Positions 1 to 10,605 are shown, counted from the first letter of the stretch. The stretch is DNA of 20,000 nt from Williopsis jadinii (GCA_024346625.1 AP024664.1:4521154-4541153); one strand, 5' to 3'. Translations and numbers: made by a program. The notes: a model not told the origin generated them from the sequence alone.

Positions 1-892
1 ACAACTTGGTCTCTTTAAGGGTGTTTTATACAAATCCAATGGGCTTAATTAACCACAACAAGAAAAAAATTTTCCTGCGTCTTCAATCTCATATCTTTAA
101 AGACATAACCTTCTGATGAGCTTACACCTTCGGTAGGGCATATTTCCCTTGATATGCAAGGCTTTAACTGGCATTTATGCGGTTGTGGAAACGTAAAGGT
201 GGGACGGGGATTTTAGACGGGTGTTTTGCATTGGTGTGGATTACATAAGCACCGGAATTGTCTTGCAGGGCGTGATAACGAATTCCGATGAATTTGTGTC
301 AACTTCATGGAAGTGCGTGGATGTTTGGAAGTTTATTGTATTTGACTTATGGTTGATGGTCAATCAGTGCCGGAGAGCATAGGTGGTTGATACATGAGAT
401 TTGTGTATGACACCAGGGACAGTCGGCACAGCTTGAACATATTGGAGAGAAAGATTCGCCATTTGGTCAAGAGGACATCCCATCACCAAGCGTAACACAG
501 TGTGGGTTGCTGAGACATAAGAAGCGTTCCGCCAGTGTAGTCCACTCGGCCACCTTGTTAGTTTTTCTTATATGCTCCAATTGACTATGGGCTTGTTCTT
601 GTTTTCTCTGTGCTTCGTTTGCTGGTAGTTTCCCCCCCCCCCCCATACACAGTCGCCCACCTTCTCTCACCAATGACCCATCTCCACTGGTGTGGTGTTG
701 GGATGTGTTGTGGTGTTCGTATTGTACAACGATATGTATAGTTAAGCCTTGGTCGGACAAAGCGGGCTTTAAAACGGATATACGGCCGTCTTTTAGAGCA
801 AGCATGACGATAACAGGAACTTGTTATGTGGGGATATAAAGCCATGGATCACCTAGGACTTAAGTATTATCCTGTTTGCAGACCGCTAAACC

Positions 893-1682
893 ATGACACC
901 ACAACCAATTCTTACATTACACTGGTAAGCCGAGGTGTGTATTTCGTACAGTCAACGCACTAACACATGAACAAAGGCTCGATCAGTCAAGAGCACAACG
1001 CATTGTCTGGCTCTTGGAGGAGCTGAACCTTGAGTACAACATCAAGACATATAAGCGTGATAAGGACTTCCGCGCACCCCCTGCTCTCGAGCAGATTCAT
1101 CCATTGGGAAAGTCACCAGTGTTGGAAATTGAGTACTTGGGTTCGGAAAAGACTAGAGCAATAGCGGAGAGTGGTCACATTGTCCAATTCCTGCTAAGAA
1201 ATTTTGACAAGGATGGCCTCTTGGACCCGAAGAACGCTGAGGACTTTGACCTCGCTGAGTACCACACACATATGGCTGAAGGTACACTCCAAGCTGTCTT
1301 GACATTTGTCCTTGTTCTACGCAATGGACAGGGCAAAGCACCATGGGCTATTAGACCCATTATCAGAGGATATAACGACAAGATCATTGAGGCTTATAAC
1401 GCTCCAGAAGCGATGAAGGTGTTGGACATGCTGGAATCCACCCTTGCCGAAAAGGCTAAACTGGCGACGAGTTCTTCACAGGAACTGTTCATCGTTGGCC
1501 AAAAGTTATCAGCCGCAGATATCATGTTGAGCTTCCCAGTCGCAGAGTTGTGTATATTTGAGGACAGATTGAGCACTGCAGGGTTTGATAAGGCGAAATA
1601 TCCCTACCTGGTTAGATGGGCTCATCAAATCAGAGAAAGGCCGGCTTATATAAGGGCTTTTGAGAAGACAAGTGGATACTGA
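893..1682 (+). CDS. GTT1: Glutathione S-transferase, Gtt1-like; two exons (893-924, 977-1682), 245 aa
   Basis: Joining ATG893..TG924 to G977 gives MTPQPILTLHWLDQSRAQRIVWLLEELNLEYNIKTYKRDKDFRAPPALEQIHPLGKSPVLE...AESGHIVQFL. This matches the Gtt1 N-terminal domain (HWLD-SRA, HPLG-SP, AESG). The C-terminal G-KLSAADIMLSFP GST motif is present. The ORF track start (TTG 1014) is truncated. Confidence 0.9.
925..976 (+). other. 52-nt spliceosomal intron in the GTT1-like gene
   Basis: 5' GTAAGC (925-930), branch CACTAAC (958-964), 3' AAG (974-976). Removal restores the conserved H-W-L-D frame. Confidence 0.85.
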
Positions 1683-2118
1683 TTGCTGATTTGTGCCCAA
1701 CAGATTAGCTTAATCTACACATTTGCTTCTAGAATGCATAGAGTGTATTCTCCATTGACTAAACCACTCTTCAATGCCTAAGCCATGTAAATCAATCTGC
1801 ATGACTCCAATTTGCACCCAACGGAAACCTGGATAAGCAAATGAATAGTATACTCTTGCTGACACTAACAGCAACTTGTGATCACCCCATAAAAAGTTTG
1901 TAATCAGCCCATCTAAAGCACTCTCATAGCCCCGTTAAAGACCCATCAATTAGCCGTTGATGATTTTGACACATAGAACTTAAGTCCGATCCGACTCGGC
2001 CGACACACAGACTGACCACCCCTTTTACACAGCCGGGCACTGATGGTGGATAAAAGCTGTAAAAAAGCCCCCCAAAGTCTCACAACGATGGCTGTAGTGT
2101 GTCCTTATCAGCCCAGAT

Positions 2119-3372
2119 ATGAGTTCCCAACCTCTTGAGCTTTCTCTTCTACAGAGATACTTTCTTGCGAGAAACGAAGCTGGTGTGTATTCATCGTTTC
2201 TCACTGGTGCAAAGCTTGATAAACCTATTGTCAAGGATGATCTTGAAAGAGCCATAAACAGTCTTGTATCGCAGAGGAAGACTCTCAGATCAACTGTTGT
2301 TGATGGTAAGGTCCATGAGATTACGATTGTGCCATCAGATGTGACTCTGTACGTAACAGGTGACCAGGAGATGGAGGATTTGTTGAATGAAATCCACGAG
2401 ACCAAATACCCCGTTGACCAGAACAAACCAATGTGGACACTGTTTGTATACGGCAATTGGCTGATCTATGCCTGTAATCACATCTTTTCTGATGGTACAG
2501 GCTCAATTCTTGTTGTTGAAGACTTGATCAGGCTATTAAACGGTCAAGAACTCACGCCAGATGTTGATTTCTCGGCCAAATACGACAAAATCATTAAACC
2601 CTCGTGGTTGCATTTTACAAAGACGATTGTCAAGGAACTTTCCACTGTGGTGAAGTCTATTGGCAGTACAAAGAACGAATCCAGGGTCATTACTACACAG
2701 TCCTTCAAGACCCAAATTCGTATAATCAAGCTTGATAGAGGACGATTCCAAAAGATCAAGCAGTTCACCAAAAGGGAGGTGCTTTCATTTACAGAACTGT
2801 TAATGTGCTTGAACTATCTTGTTCTAGAACACCTCAGTGATGACCCACTCATCAAGATTGATATCCCTATAAATCAACGGAGAGCTCTTGGAGATGGTAG
2901 AGCATATGGTGCGTATGTATCGTCCATCGTGTTTGAATTACCAAGAGACATCAAGACATGGGGTGATCTCAAGACCCAAGTGAAAATCAAGCAATCGAGT
3001 ATTGAGAAGTCAGTCCAGGATGTTGGGATGTTGAAGTACATTGATATGAAGACATATATTGAAAGCAATGTGTCAAATGGCCTACAACTAAATCGTGTTG
3101 AAATCTCCAATTTAGGGCTGAGAGAGCACATCACGGGAAACTATACTGCTGATGAGTATATCTTCTCGCAGTCTTATAATCCAACACATGCAACTCTCAA
3201 CAACTCTCTGATATCTTCTACAGATTGGACCACTATTGTTGTGACAGCACCACTAGAACTACCTAACTTCAAGAGGTATTTCAAGTCGATTGAACTCTTA
3301 TTTGAAAAACTCTCTGACCCATCTGAAGAGACTACTATTGAGGAACTCAGAGGTTTCCTTGTTGATATATGA
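2119..3372 (+). CDS. Alcohol O-acetyltransferase/Sli1-like CoA-dependent acyltransferase (417 aa)
   Basis: HxxxDG catalytic motif (NHIFSDGT), N-terminal LSLLQRYF motif, P-W-L strand before the His motif, and C-terminal EISNLG and FSQ motifs typical of the fungal AATase family. Confidence 0.75.
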   Translation: MSSQPLELSLLQRYFLARNEAGVYSSFLTGAKLDKPIVKDDLERAINSLVSQRKTLRSTVVDGKVHEITIVPSDVTLYVTGDQEMEDLLNEIHETKYPVDQNKPMWTLFVYGNWLIYACNHIFSDGTGSILVVEDLIRLLNGQELTPDVDFSAKYDKIIKPSWLHFTKTIVKELSTVVKSIGSTKNESRVITTQSFKTQIRIIKLDRGRFQKIKQFTKREVLSFTELLMCLNYLVLEHLSDDPLIKIDIPINQRRALGDGRAYGAYVSSIVFELPRDIKTWGDLKTQVKIKQSSIEKSVQDVGMLKYIDMKTYIESNVSNGLQLNRVEISNLGLREHITGNYTADEYIFSQSYNPTHATLNNSLISSTDWTTIVVTAPLELPNFKRYFKSIELLFEKLSDPSEETTIEELRGFLVDI

Positions 3373-3681
3373 ATAGCATTCTAGCTTTCTATTCACATGA
3401 GACCATGCATGCATTTATTTACTTCTGAATGAACCTGTGAGCTCAGGACACATTTTATCGTCTGTAGCTATTGATCAATTGGTTTTTAGAATCAAACAAG
3501 GCAACGTATACATTGAGATATGGATGCAACGTCATTATTGGTTACTTGCATCGACAGACGTAGCTGATAAAAGAACTTTCAATACACATATCAGAATCGC
3601 CTATAAAATGTATTATCATATGTAGATTGCTTAATTAATAAACCATATCACACACAAGAACCAAGTCCCTGTTATTAAACG

Positions 3682-4161
3682 TCACATACTTCCCAGATAG
3701 TGTTGAAATTGTGGTGAGTTGATAACTTCCGCAAGCTCTTTCAAACTGAGGCGTGTTCTTCCGATGAATATATCAACAAATTTCTTGTCAGTGAGCTCTC
3801 CTCCATAGTAATCACCTCCATCGTAGTCCTCATCAGCTGGATCAGGTATATTGTAGAAACCGAAATAAGAATTTTCGTGGTTCATGGATGAAGCACTTTC
3901 TCCTTCAGAACGGTACATGAGATTGTGTAGTTTGTTAAACTGTATACACTTGTTCTCTATATGAGTCTCTGCAACAATCTTTGCCTTCTTGTGACATGGC
4001 TCAAGCGTAGCCTCTGGCAGATCTTCCATTTGTTCTAAAGTACGCTTGGTGCGGGCCCTTGCAGCCTCTTTCAATGGTCTTGTTGATGGTTCAATAGTCT
4101 CCTTAGCATTCATCTCTTTGTAAATATCACTAGGTATGGAAAGAAACAGGTTCGAAAGCAT
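3682..4161 (-). CDS. Hypothetical 159-aa protein, possibly nuclear
   Basis: ATG-initiated ORF with a TATA-like TATATATAA ~25-35 bp upstream on the minus strand (~4187-4195). It has an acidic patch and a KR..x17..KKAK basic cluster. No family recognised. Confidence 0.55.
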   Translation of the reverse strand: MLSNLFLSIPSDIYKEMNAKETIEPSTRPLKEAARARTKRTLEQMEDLPEATLEPCHKKAKIVAETHIENKCIQFNKLHNLMYRSEGESASSMNHENSYFGFYNIPDPADEDYDGGDYYGGELTDKKFVDIFIGRTRLSLKELAEVINSPQFQHYLGSM

Positions 4162-5352
4162 TGAAGTGGGAAGAGTTATGACCCTCTTATATATAACAAA
4201 AAGTTAATGGTATACGCAACACCGCATCTTTGATGATGGGGGGGGGGCGAGCTTATCAGCTTATCGGCTTATGGCAATGGTGTGTGAACCATATCTTACG
4301 TTGTTTTAATCTCAACAAGGGGAAGTCCCATATAATATATGCTTAGTGTGCAGTATGAAGGCAACCATACAGGATTCTATTAAATGTTAACGCTGACAAT
4401 TTTAAGTATACAACAGATGATAAGGATACTAATAACTGTAAAACCCCATTAAAATTTTGATCTTTAGGAATGATGAGTCTTACAGTGCATGGGAATTTGA
4501 TTCAGCTCCTGTGTAAGTGATGGAATGTCAGGACTTGGGAATGTGCTACCTAGATTGGCTTAGTATTCCATGCTCTGTACAAGTAGGTTATTGGAAATAA
4601 GTCTGAATAGTATACGTCCTCCTTCTGAGATTGCACCTAAAATAGACATTGAAACGAAAGAAATGTATAACCTAGGACATGTTGCCTCCCTTTGCAGGAT
4701 GTCAACATGTGTGGTTTAAGAGCCATGGATATCCATCTATCCTACAACCATTTTCACACTGAAAGCTTGGTCTGTCCTAGTGTATAGATCACGTTTTGAT
4801 TGCATTGTCAAAGACTCATTGAAGTCAGGGATACAATTGTGGTATTAAGGTGGCTAAAAGTGGACCAGTGCTTGTTTTCGAGTCTAATCACACGGTCTTA
4901 TCTGGGTAGTTTACATCAGCAGCTGCACCAAAGAAATGGATACAGTGGTGGCCCTTTCACATTCATAGATCCATGACGGTCTTCATTGAAACAGCACAGT
5001 ACATATCATCAGAGTTTGAATTGCCCTTTGCTTCGGAGACTAAGAGAGGCCCAAGTTCTCTCCGTATTACTTCCAGAAGTATATTTGTACAACTCAGGCC
5101 TTCAGTGCCAGTCATGTTGGAGTTCAACGTTACAATTCATGTTTCCTTTTATGTTCAACCTAATCAGCATAATTGTTGAGGGCCAAGATGGCTCTTTTAC
5201 TGTTGAAGGAAGCAACGCTCTTCCAATATGAAATTAATAAAGCAAGCTCACTTCCCAATATATATATTGAGCTAGAGATCTCGCTAATACAATGAAATTT
5301 GAAGCTCTACTAAGTGATATACTTAGAATAGATATATGGATATGAAAAAGAG

Positions 5353-6705
5353 CTACTTGGCAGTAAACTCTGCCTGTAGAACGTGTCTTTTAGTGTCCCA
5401 ACTCTTCACCTTAGCTTCGTACTGCTCCTTGGACTCCCCATTCCAGCTTGTATTGTGAATTGGATGAGACTTTGGGAAATAAGTTTTCGCTTCATCACCG
5501 TATGCGTTTTGTCTAAACGTACCTCCTGGAACAGCGTACTCTTTACGGAAAAGGCCTCGCTTTTGAAGCTCTGGCACTATAAGATCAACAAAATCAGCTA
5601 GACTCTCATGGTTGACTGGGAAAATCAAGTTGAAACCATCGATGTCGACTTCATTTAAATAACCTTCAAACCAGTCTGCAATTTCAATAGGTGTGCCAAC
5701 AAGAGATGTGACCTTCAATCCTTTGTCAATGATTTGACGTTTGGTTTGATATTTACCATCACGTTTAACGTAGTTCTGAGTGACTGATTGCCCACCTTCT
5801 GTCTTTGTCAACACAATTGGTTCATCCCATTCAAACTGTTCCAAGTCGATGTGTGATTGGCCTCCAAATCCAATACCTGGTGCATCCTGGAATACATGTT
5901 GTCTAATCAGTTCAACTTTCTTCTCAGCATCCTCCTTTGTAATGGCTACCACCGGAGTTGCCATTGTCAATATTTTCACACCTTTTGGATCTCTTCCATA
6001 GTGAACTGCAAGGTCTCTTATTGATTTGATATCAGCATTCGCCTTGGCACGGTCCCATGCGTTAATGAATATGGCTTCTGCATTTTCAATTCCCAAGAAC
6101 TTCCCTTGGGAGCTTGTACCAGCCTGAATCAAAAATGGCAACCTTTGTGGGGACTGTGGCCATTTAGAGTGTCTTTGTCCAACAATTGAGCGAACCACAG
6201 TATCAACATAGGCTGTAGCATTATCATACCGCTCTTGATGCGAGGGTAATTTCCCACCGTTTAACAATTGACGTCCAACAGCCGGTGCATACGACGTTAC
6301 AATGTTCCAGCCGACTCGCCCTTTAGTTGCATGGTCTAAACTCCAAAGCCGTTTGGCAAATAACTCTGGGTTTTCCTTAACAGTGGAGAATGTTATTCCA
6401 AAGCCCAGGGTCGTGGTGGCCTCAGCCATAGCGGAAACCAGCACTCCTGGATCTATCTTTGGGATGAAGTATCCCCCAGATGCAGGAAGCTTCCAATTGT
6501 TTGGTCCTTTGTACACATCATAGTAAGCCAGATAGTCTGCAAAAAACACCGCATTGAACTTCCCTCTCTCTGCAATCCTGGCAAGTTCTTGCCAGTATTC
6601 GATAGTGTCAAAGTCCTTAGACTCGTCCAATGGATGACTCCATTCACCAGAGGTAAGGGCCGGAGATGCGTGTATGAACACGTTGAGGATGAGATCTCGA
6701 GCCAT
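5353..6705 (-). CDS. NtaA/SnaA/DszA-family (bacterial luciferase-like) FMN-dependent monooxygenase, 450 aa
   Basis: Motifs: W-HP-D, YWQELARIAERGKFNAVFFAD, DP..L.SAMA..T..LGFG.T.ST, SLDHATKGRVGWNIVTS, SPQR.P..QAGTS..G, AEAIF, VGTP..IAD, DGFN, DFVDLIVPELQKRGLFR.EY..GTFR. First ATG is at 6705; the ORF track uses an upstream GTG. Confidence 0.9.
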   Translation of the reverse strand: MARDLILNVFIHASPALTSGEWSHPLDESKDFDTIEYWQELARIAERGKFNAVFFADYLAYYDVYKGPNNWKLPASGGYFIPKIDPGVLVSAMAEATTTLGFGITFSTVKENPELFAKRLWSLDHATKGRVGWNIVTSYAPAVGRQLLNGGKLPSHQERYDNATAYVDTVVRSIVGQRHSKWPQSPQRLPFLIQAGTSSQGKFLGIENAEAIFINAWDRAKANADIKSIRDLAVHYGRDPKGVKILTMATPVVAITKEDAEKKVELIRQHVFQDAPGIGFGGQSHIDLEQFEWDEPIVLTKTEGGQSVTQNYVKRDGKYQTKRQIIDKGLKVTSLVGTPIEIADWFEGYLNEVDIDGFNLIFPVNHESLADFVDLIVPELQKRGLFRKEYAVPGGTFRQNAYGDEAKTYFPKSHPIHNTSWNGESKEQYEAKVKSWDTKRHVLQAEFTAK

Positions 6706-7034
6706 TCTTAGTCTCACAGCATCGAGTAGAAAATCTTGACTTGTGGATATCGGTGACCTTTATATGTGGATATCGGTGGGCTGTATACGTGTGAGATCTA
6801 CAATCAACCACAGGTAGGGCTTATTAGACAGAAACGGAGATGTATGCGGAGATGTGCCACACTTGAAGTCCGCTTTGCGCTAATAGCTACAGATGTATAT
6901 TTACCTCCATACCGACCATACTCTTGAGAATGGCCAATAGTGGTACTTCTACCCTTTGGAGCCCATTATATAACTCGCTCTTCTCCTCAGAATCACAACC
7001 ACGTCCCCCCTATATTTTCAAGCACATCATCACA
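6706..7034. promoter_or_regulatory. Shared divergent promoter of the two monooxygenase genes
   Basis: ~330-bp head-to-head intergenic region. TGTGGATATCGGTG occurs at 6742-6755 and 6765-6778, flanking a minus-strand TATAAA (~6759-6764). CGGAGATGT occurs at 6835-6843 and 6847-6855. Confidence 0.55.
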
Positions 7035-8123
7035 ATGACAAAAAGACATCACAAGAAGCAATGGACCCTTACAGCTACTGCCAAACTGAACCATCCATCA
7101 CCAGAGCATTGGAAAAGTTTTGCACAAAGGGCAGAGAAGGCCAAACTACACTCAGTAATCTTAGTGGATGATGTTGTTGAGCCTTCTGTATACACAGCAT
7201 CTATTGGAGCTGTTACAGAATCAATTGGGCTGACAATCGCTTATAACACCAAAGGAGAGCATCCATACCTACAAGCTAGAAAATTTGCATCTTTGGATCA
7301 CTTAACCAGAGGCAGACTCGGATGGGCCAACACAGAAGAGCTTCAGTACTCTGAGGAGTATCTCGAGGTTTTTTCTGAATTGCTTCTATCATCTTGGAGA
7401 GACGATGCTCTAGTGGGAAACAAAGAAACTAAGGAATAGATAAATACCGACAGATTACGTCAAATTGATTTTGTTGGAGAAACATACACGGTTCCAGGTC
7501 CTGGTTTAACACACCCCACTCCACAGAGACTTCCATTGATAGTTTCATTGGATACAACTACAAACGCTTCAAGACACCATGCTGCCAAGTTCGCTGAAGT
7601 AGTGTCGGTATATGGGGATAAAGAACAGGTTAAGGAAACTGTTAAGAGTATTAAACTTTTAGCACTGAGAAAGTATCACAGGGATCCATCCACCATTCGT
7701 TTCTTAGCCCAAGTATCTATCACAATTGCTGACTCTACTGTGGCTGTTCAAAACAAGTACGCACTTGGTTTTGCCCCACCTTCTGGCTTCTCCCCAATTA
7801 GAGGAACTTCTAAGACCGTAGCTGATGAGTTACAACATTGGGTTGAGTACAGTGGGCTCGATGGTTTCAACTTTCATGAATCAAACATCAATGATTTAAA
7901 CGACTACTTGATCTCTGAGTTACAAGCCAGAGGTGTTGCACAGGTGGAATACACTACCATTGGAGGCACCCTCAGGGAGAATCTAACAGGTGCTAAAGGT
8001 GCAAGTTTCCTCTCACAGGACCATCCTTTCTATCACTACCGTTGGTTTAAGGGCCAATCACAAGAGGCCTTTGAAAAGGCTTTACACATTGCAAAAGACA
8101 AAAACTCCTTTATAGCATACTAA
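7035..8123 (+). pseudogene. Second, divergent NtaA/DszA-family monooxygenase interrupted by one in-frame TAG (7437-7439)
   Basis: ORFs 6924-7439 and 7536-8123 share a frame, and the gap translates as KE*INTDRLRQIDFVGETYTVPGPGLTHPTPQRLP. Family motifs lie on both sides (AQRAEKAK, ARKFASLDHLTRGRLGW, SSWRDDA, PTPQR, VADELQ.W, DGFN, ELQARG, GTLRENL). ATG at 7035. Confidence 0.8.
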
Positions 8124-9173
8124 CGCTAATTTGTACCCACAATTAGGATTTAGATATCTTGTAGGAAATTTGAATTATGACAGAAATCAAACGTCGTAGA
8201 CCAATTTAGCTATTTCAAAATGCTCGCAGAGATTGATAAATGAAACAAAAGCTCTGAAAGTACATTTATCATTTACTGTGTATTTGTTCTATTGGGTGTT
8301 TTCATTACAAAGACAACTAGGGTTGTTTAAGTAGAGTCTCTCATCAGAGTTGGCATTCTGTGAAGGAGAATTTGGTTGTATGAATAAGTGACAATTGTGT
8401 CTGAAGAATGTTACTGGTAATATCAATCCAGCTATTTCCCGCCAGTGGTATCTGACTTTGGTATATGTTCAGAGCTCATTGGATTTATAAGAGAGTTCCT
8501 TATCACAAATTCAACTCTTCGAAACACCAACACTTCTCTCAGTTGTTCGAGGTTTATCTTCCGTCTGAACTTTCACTGTACCCTCCTGTAATCTGGTGAT
8601 AAGCAAAAAGCATAATCTGATTCTCTTTCTAGAGACTTGTTTGTAAAGTTTGATTATACAACGAGGCTTCCTTGTTGATCTCCATTGCGCTTATCACTGT
8701 GGATGACTAATTGGGTCAATCCCAGAATTTGCGTCATCTTATAGTCCTGGAGGGATTAAAGTCTCTATGCAAGCAAATGTGGATAAGTGTATTGAACACT
8801 TTCGAGCACGACGAACCAGCGTCTCTAAATCCACAGATGTGGCGTGTGTTAGAACTCTTATCACTTAGTCCACTTACAGACCATTTCAACCCTTCTCCGT
8901 GGAATCTGAGTATCTGATTCTCAAACACAATGCATGCGCATGCGATCTCTGTGTTATTCGACCTTCGGATCTGAGTTTCGGGTTTATTACCGAATTAATC
9001 GAATTGTAAACTATGGCAGAACAATAGTTTATGCCCCTTTTTTCATATCTTATCGAAACAACCGGGAATCTGAACTATCACAGTTTGAGTGTTTACACTA
9101 TGGTTTGAATAGAACTCTTTGGACCATCGTATTTCCTCCTTTCCTAAGTTCTCATGAACAAACTTTTTACCTT

Positions 9174-9242
9174 GTATGTCTCACACCACATTGATTAGGT
9201 ATCATCTCACTATCATTATTTCATATTGCTACTAACGTTTAG
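9174..9242 (+). other. Candidate canonical spliceosomal intron (69 nt) outside any recognised gene
   Basis: GTATGT (9174-9179), TACTAAC (9230-9236) and TAG (9240-9242): all three perfect yeast consensus signals with normal spacing. Confidence 0.55.
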
Positions 9243-9901
9243 CCGGCAATTGAAGTGAAAGAGAAGTGTATCAAAAACCTTTTGGTTGTTGATTGTATAA
9301 TACATAGTGATGTCACAATCTTTTGAGAACTAAAAGCTGAACCCCAAATAGCTCATCTCCATAACGTGCACATATGCGCGTTCACTACGTTTCAAACTCA
9401 AAAAGTAGATGACCCAAGCACATGAAGAGGTCATTTAAAGTGTTACTTAATCGTTGCCAGCGAAAACTCCTATTCTCTCATATCTCACCGTAGACAGTAA
9501 CACCCTCTGGTGAAGTAGAAGTCAAGTAAACGCAATTAAAGTCAAAGCTGATCACATAGAGAAAAGCATCTTCTGCATTCTCTTATGTACATCTGTAACA
9601 ATGAAGTTCAGACCTTTCAGCTCTAGGACCACCATTGAAACACACCAACCCATTTTCAAAGAAGATGCTACTGCTATTTGGCAATCTGCTAAACTTGCAA
9701 TAATCTCATCTGCACCTACATATAGTTGTTAGATAAGTGATTATCTCCACGGTCCAGGTAGAGCACTCCACAAAACAACAATTCAACTACAAAAACCCCT
9801 TTTAGCTTTCGAGATGACCAAAAACTCGGAACAATAGCCTGACACCAATGAAGAAACACCACCAAGCCCTGTAATTATCACATAGCTCCCATCAAAGACC
9901 C

Positions 9902-10508
9902 CGGACTATAGGTATGGGCAATATACTGCGTCGCGCACACCAAAAATTTGTATGGGGAGTGACGTCCCCCTGGTGCGAAATATCTCTTTTGCTAAAAAGA
10001 TATCGCTTGGTGCATCTATTAGGGTGACTAGAAGGGTTAACATGTATCACTGGATTTCTGTGAATGTTAATTACACACTGCCACTAAGATCATGTCGTTA
10101 GCATGAGAGTAGCGTGAGTTGTGATGGTTTTAAGAATGTAAGCAATTCACGGAGTTTTCTTGAAAACAGGCATCTTCAATTGAGAATTGGGAATATTCGT
10201 CATATAATGTAGATGTATGACTTTAGAAAAACAGAACTCTTGAAACCAATTTGAAATAGCTACACAAGACGACTGTTAGGCCAATGGATCAGATAATACA
10301 ACTTTAAGTGTGATTTTACAGTATTATCAGTGGACAAGATTTTTGTACCAGTGTTTAAGAATAGCCAGGTGGTTTGGAATGATGTGCGGATGTTTCTCTG
10401 TTTGGAGAGTCACCAGTGGAGGTAACTGGCTTTAAGCGGAATTTAAGTGGCCTTACAACTCAGGGAAGTTCACACTGTAGCTGAGATCACTTTACAGGGA
10501 GATTCTAG
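9902..10508 (+). repeat. Subtelomeric ~600-bp direct repeat, copy A (upstream of the helicase ORF)
   Basis: Colinear by-eye alignment with 19081-19680, e.g. cggactataggtatgggca/cggactacaggtatgagca, ttaagaatgtaagca/ttaagattgtaagca, aagatttttgtaccagtgtttaagaat/aagatttttgttcaagtatttaagaat, agctgagatcacttt/agctgtgatcacttt, both ending attctag. Confidence 0.85.
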
Positions 10509-10585
10509 ACAGGGCGAGGAGCTATTTCCATATACGGTGGTGATACACGGGGGCGCGGTGAAAAACTCGGAAATTGGGTGAAAGC

Positions 10586-10605
10586 CCAACGCGTTACCAA
10601 CGCGT
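10586..10605 (+). promoter_or_regulatory. Tandem MCB (ACGCGT) elements upstream of the helicase ORF
   Basis: CCAACGCGT occurs twice (ACGCGT at 10589-10594 and 10600-10605), ~220 bp before ATG 10822. Confidence 0.6.

Noticed and set aside
632..644. Poly-C run (and poly-G run at 4238-4247)
   Set aside because: Simple homopolymers with no further supporting structure.
467..845. Minus-strand ORFs of 112 and 86 aa
   Set aside because: Non-ATG or low-complexity (poly-G derived Gly run), overlap the GST promoter, no recognisable motif.
1153..3134. Short antisense ORFs over the GST and acyltransferase genes
   Set aside because: Shadows of real genes on the opposite strand.
4500..5231. Short ORFs (68 and 81 aa) and coding-like sequence
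   Set aside because: Overlapping frames with many stops and no identifiable family; possibly a relic but unsupported.
8734..8928. Minus ORF with a C..C.K.F..H..H zinc-finger-like pattern
   Set aside because: Spacing does not fit C2H2, non-ATG start, and flanking frames contain stops.
9902..10508. Repeats as retrotransposon LTRs
   Set aside because: No TG...CA termini, primer-binding site, or gag/RT/integrase sequence seen.
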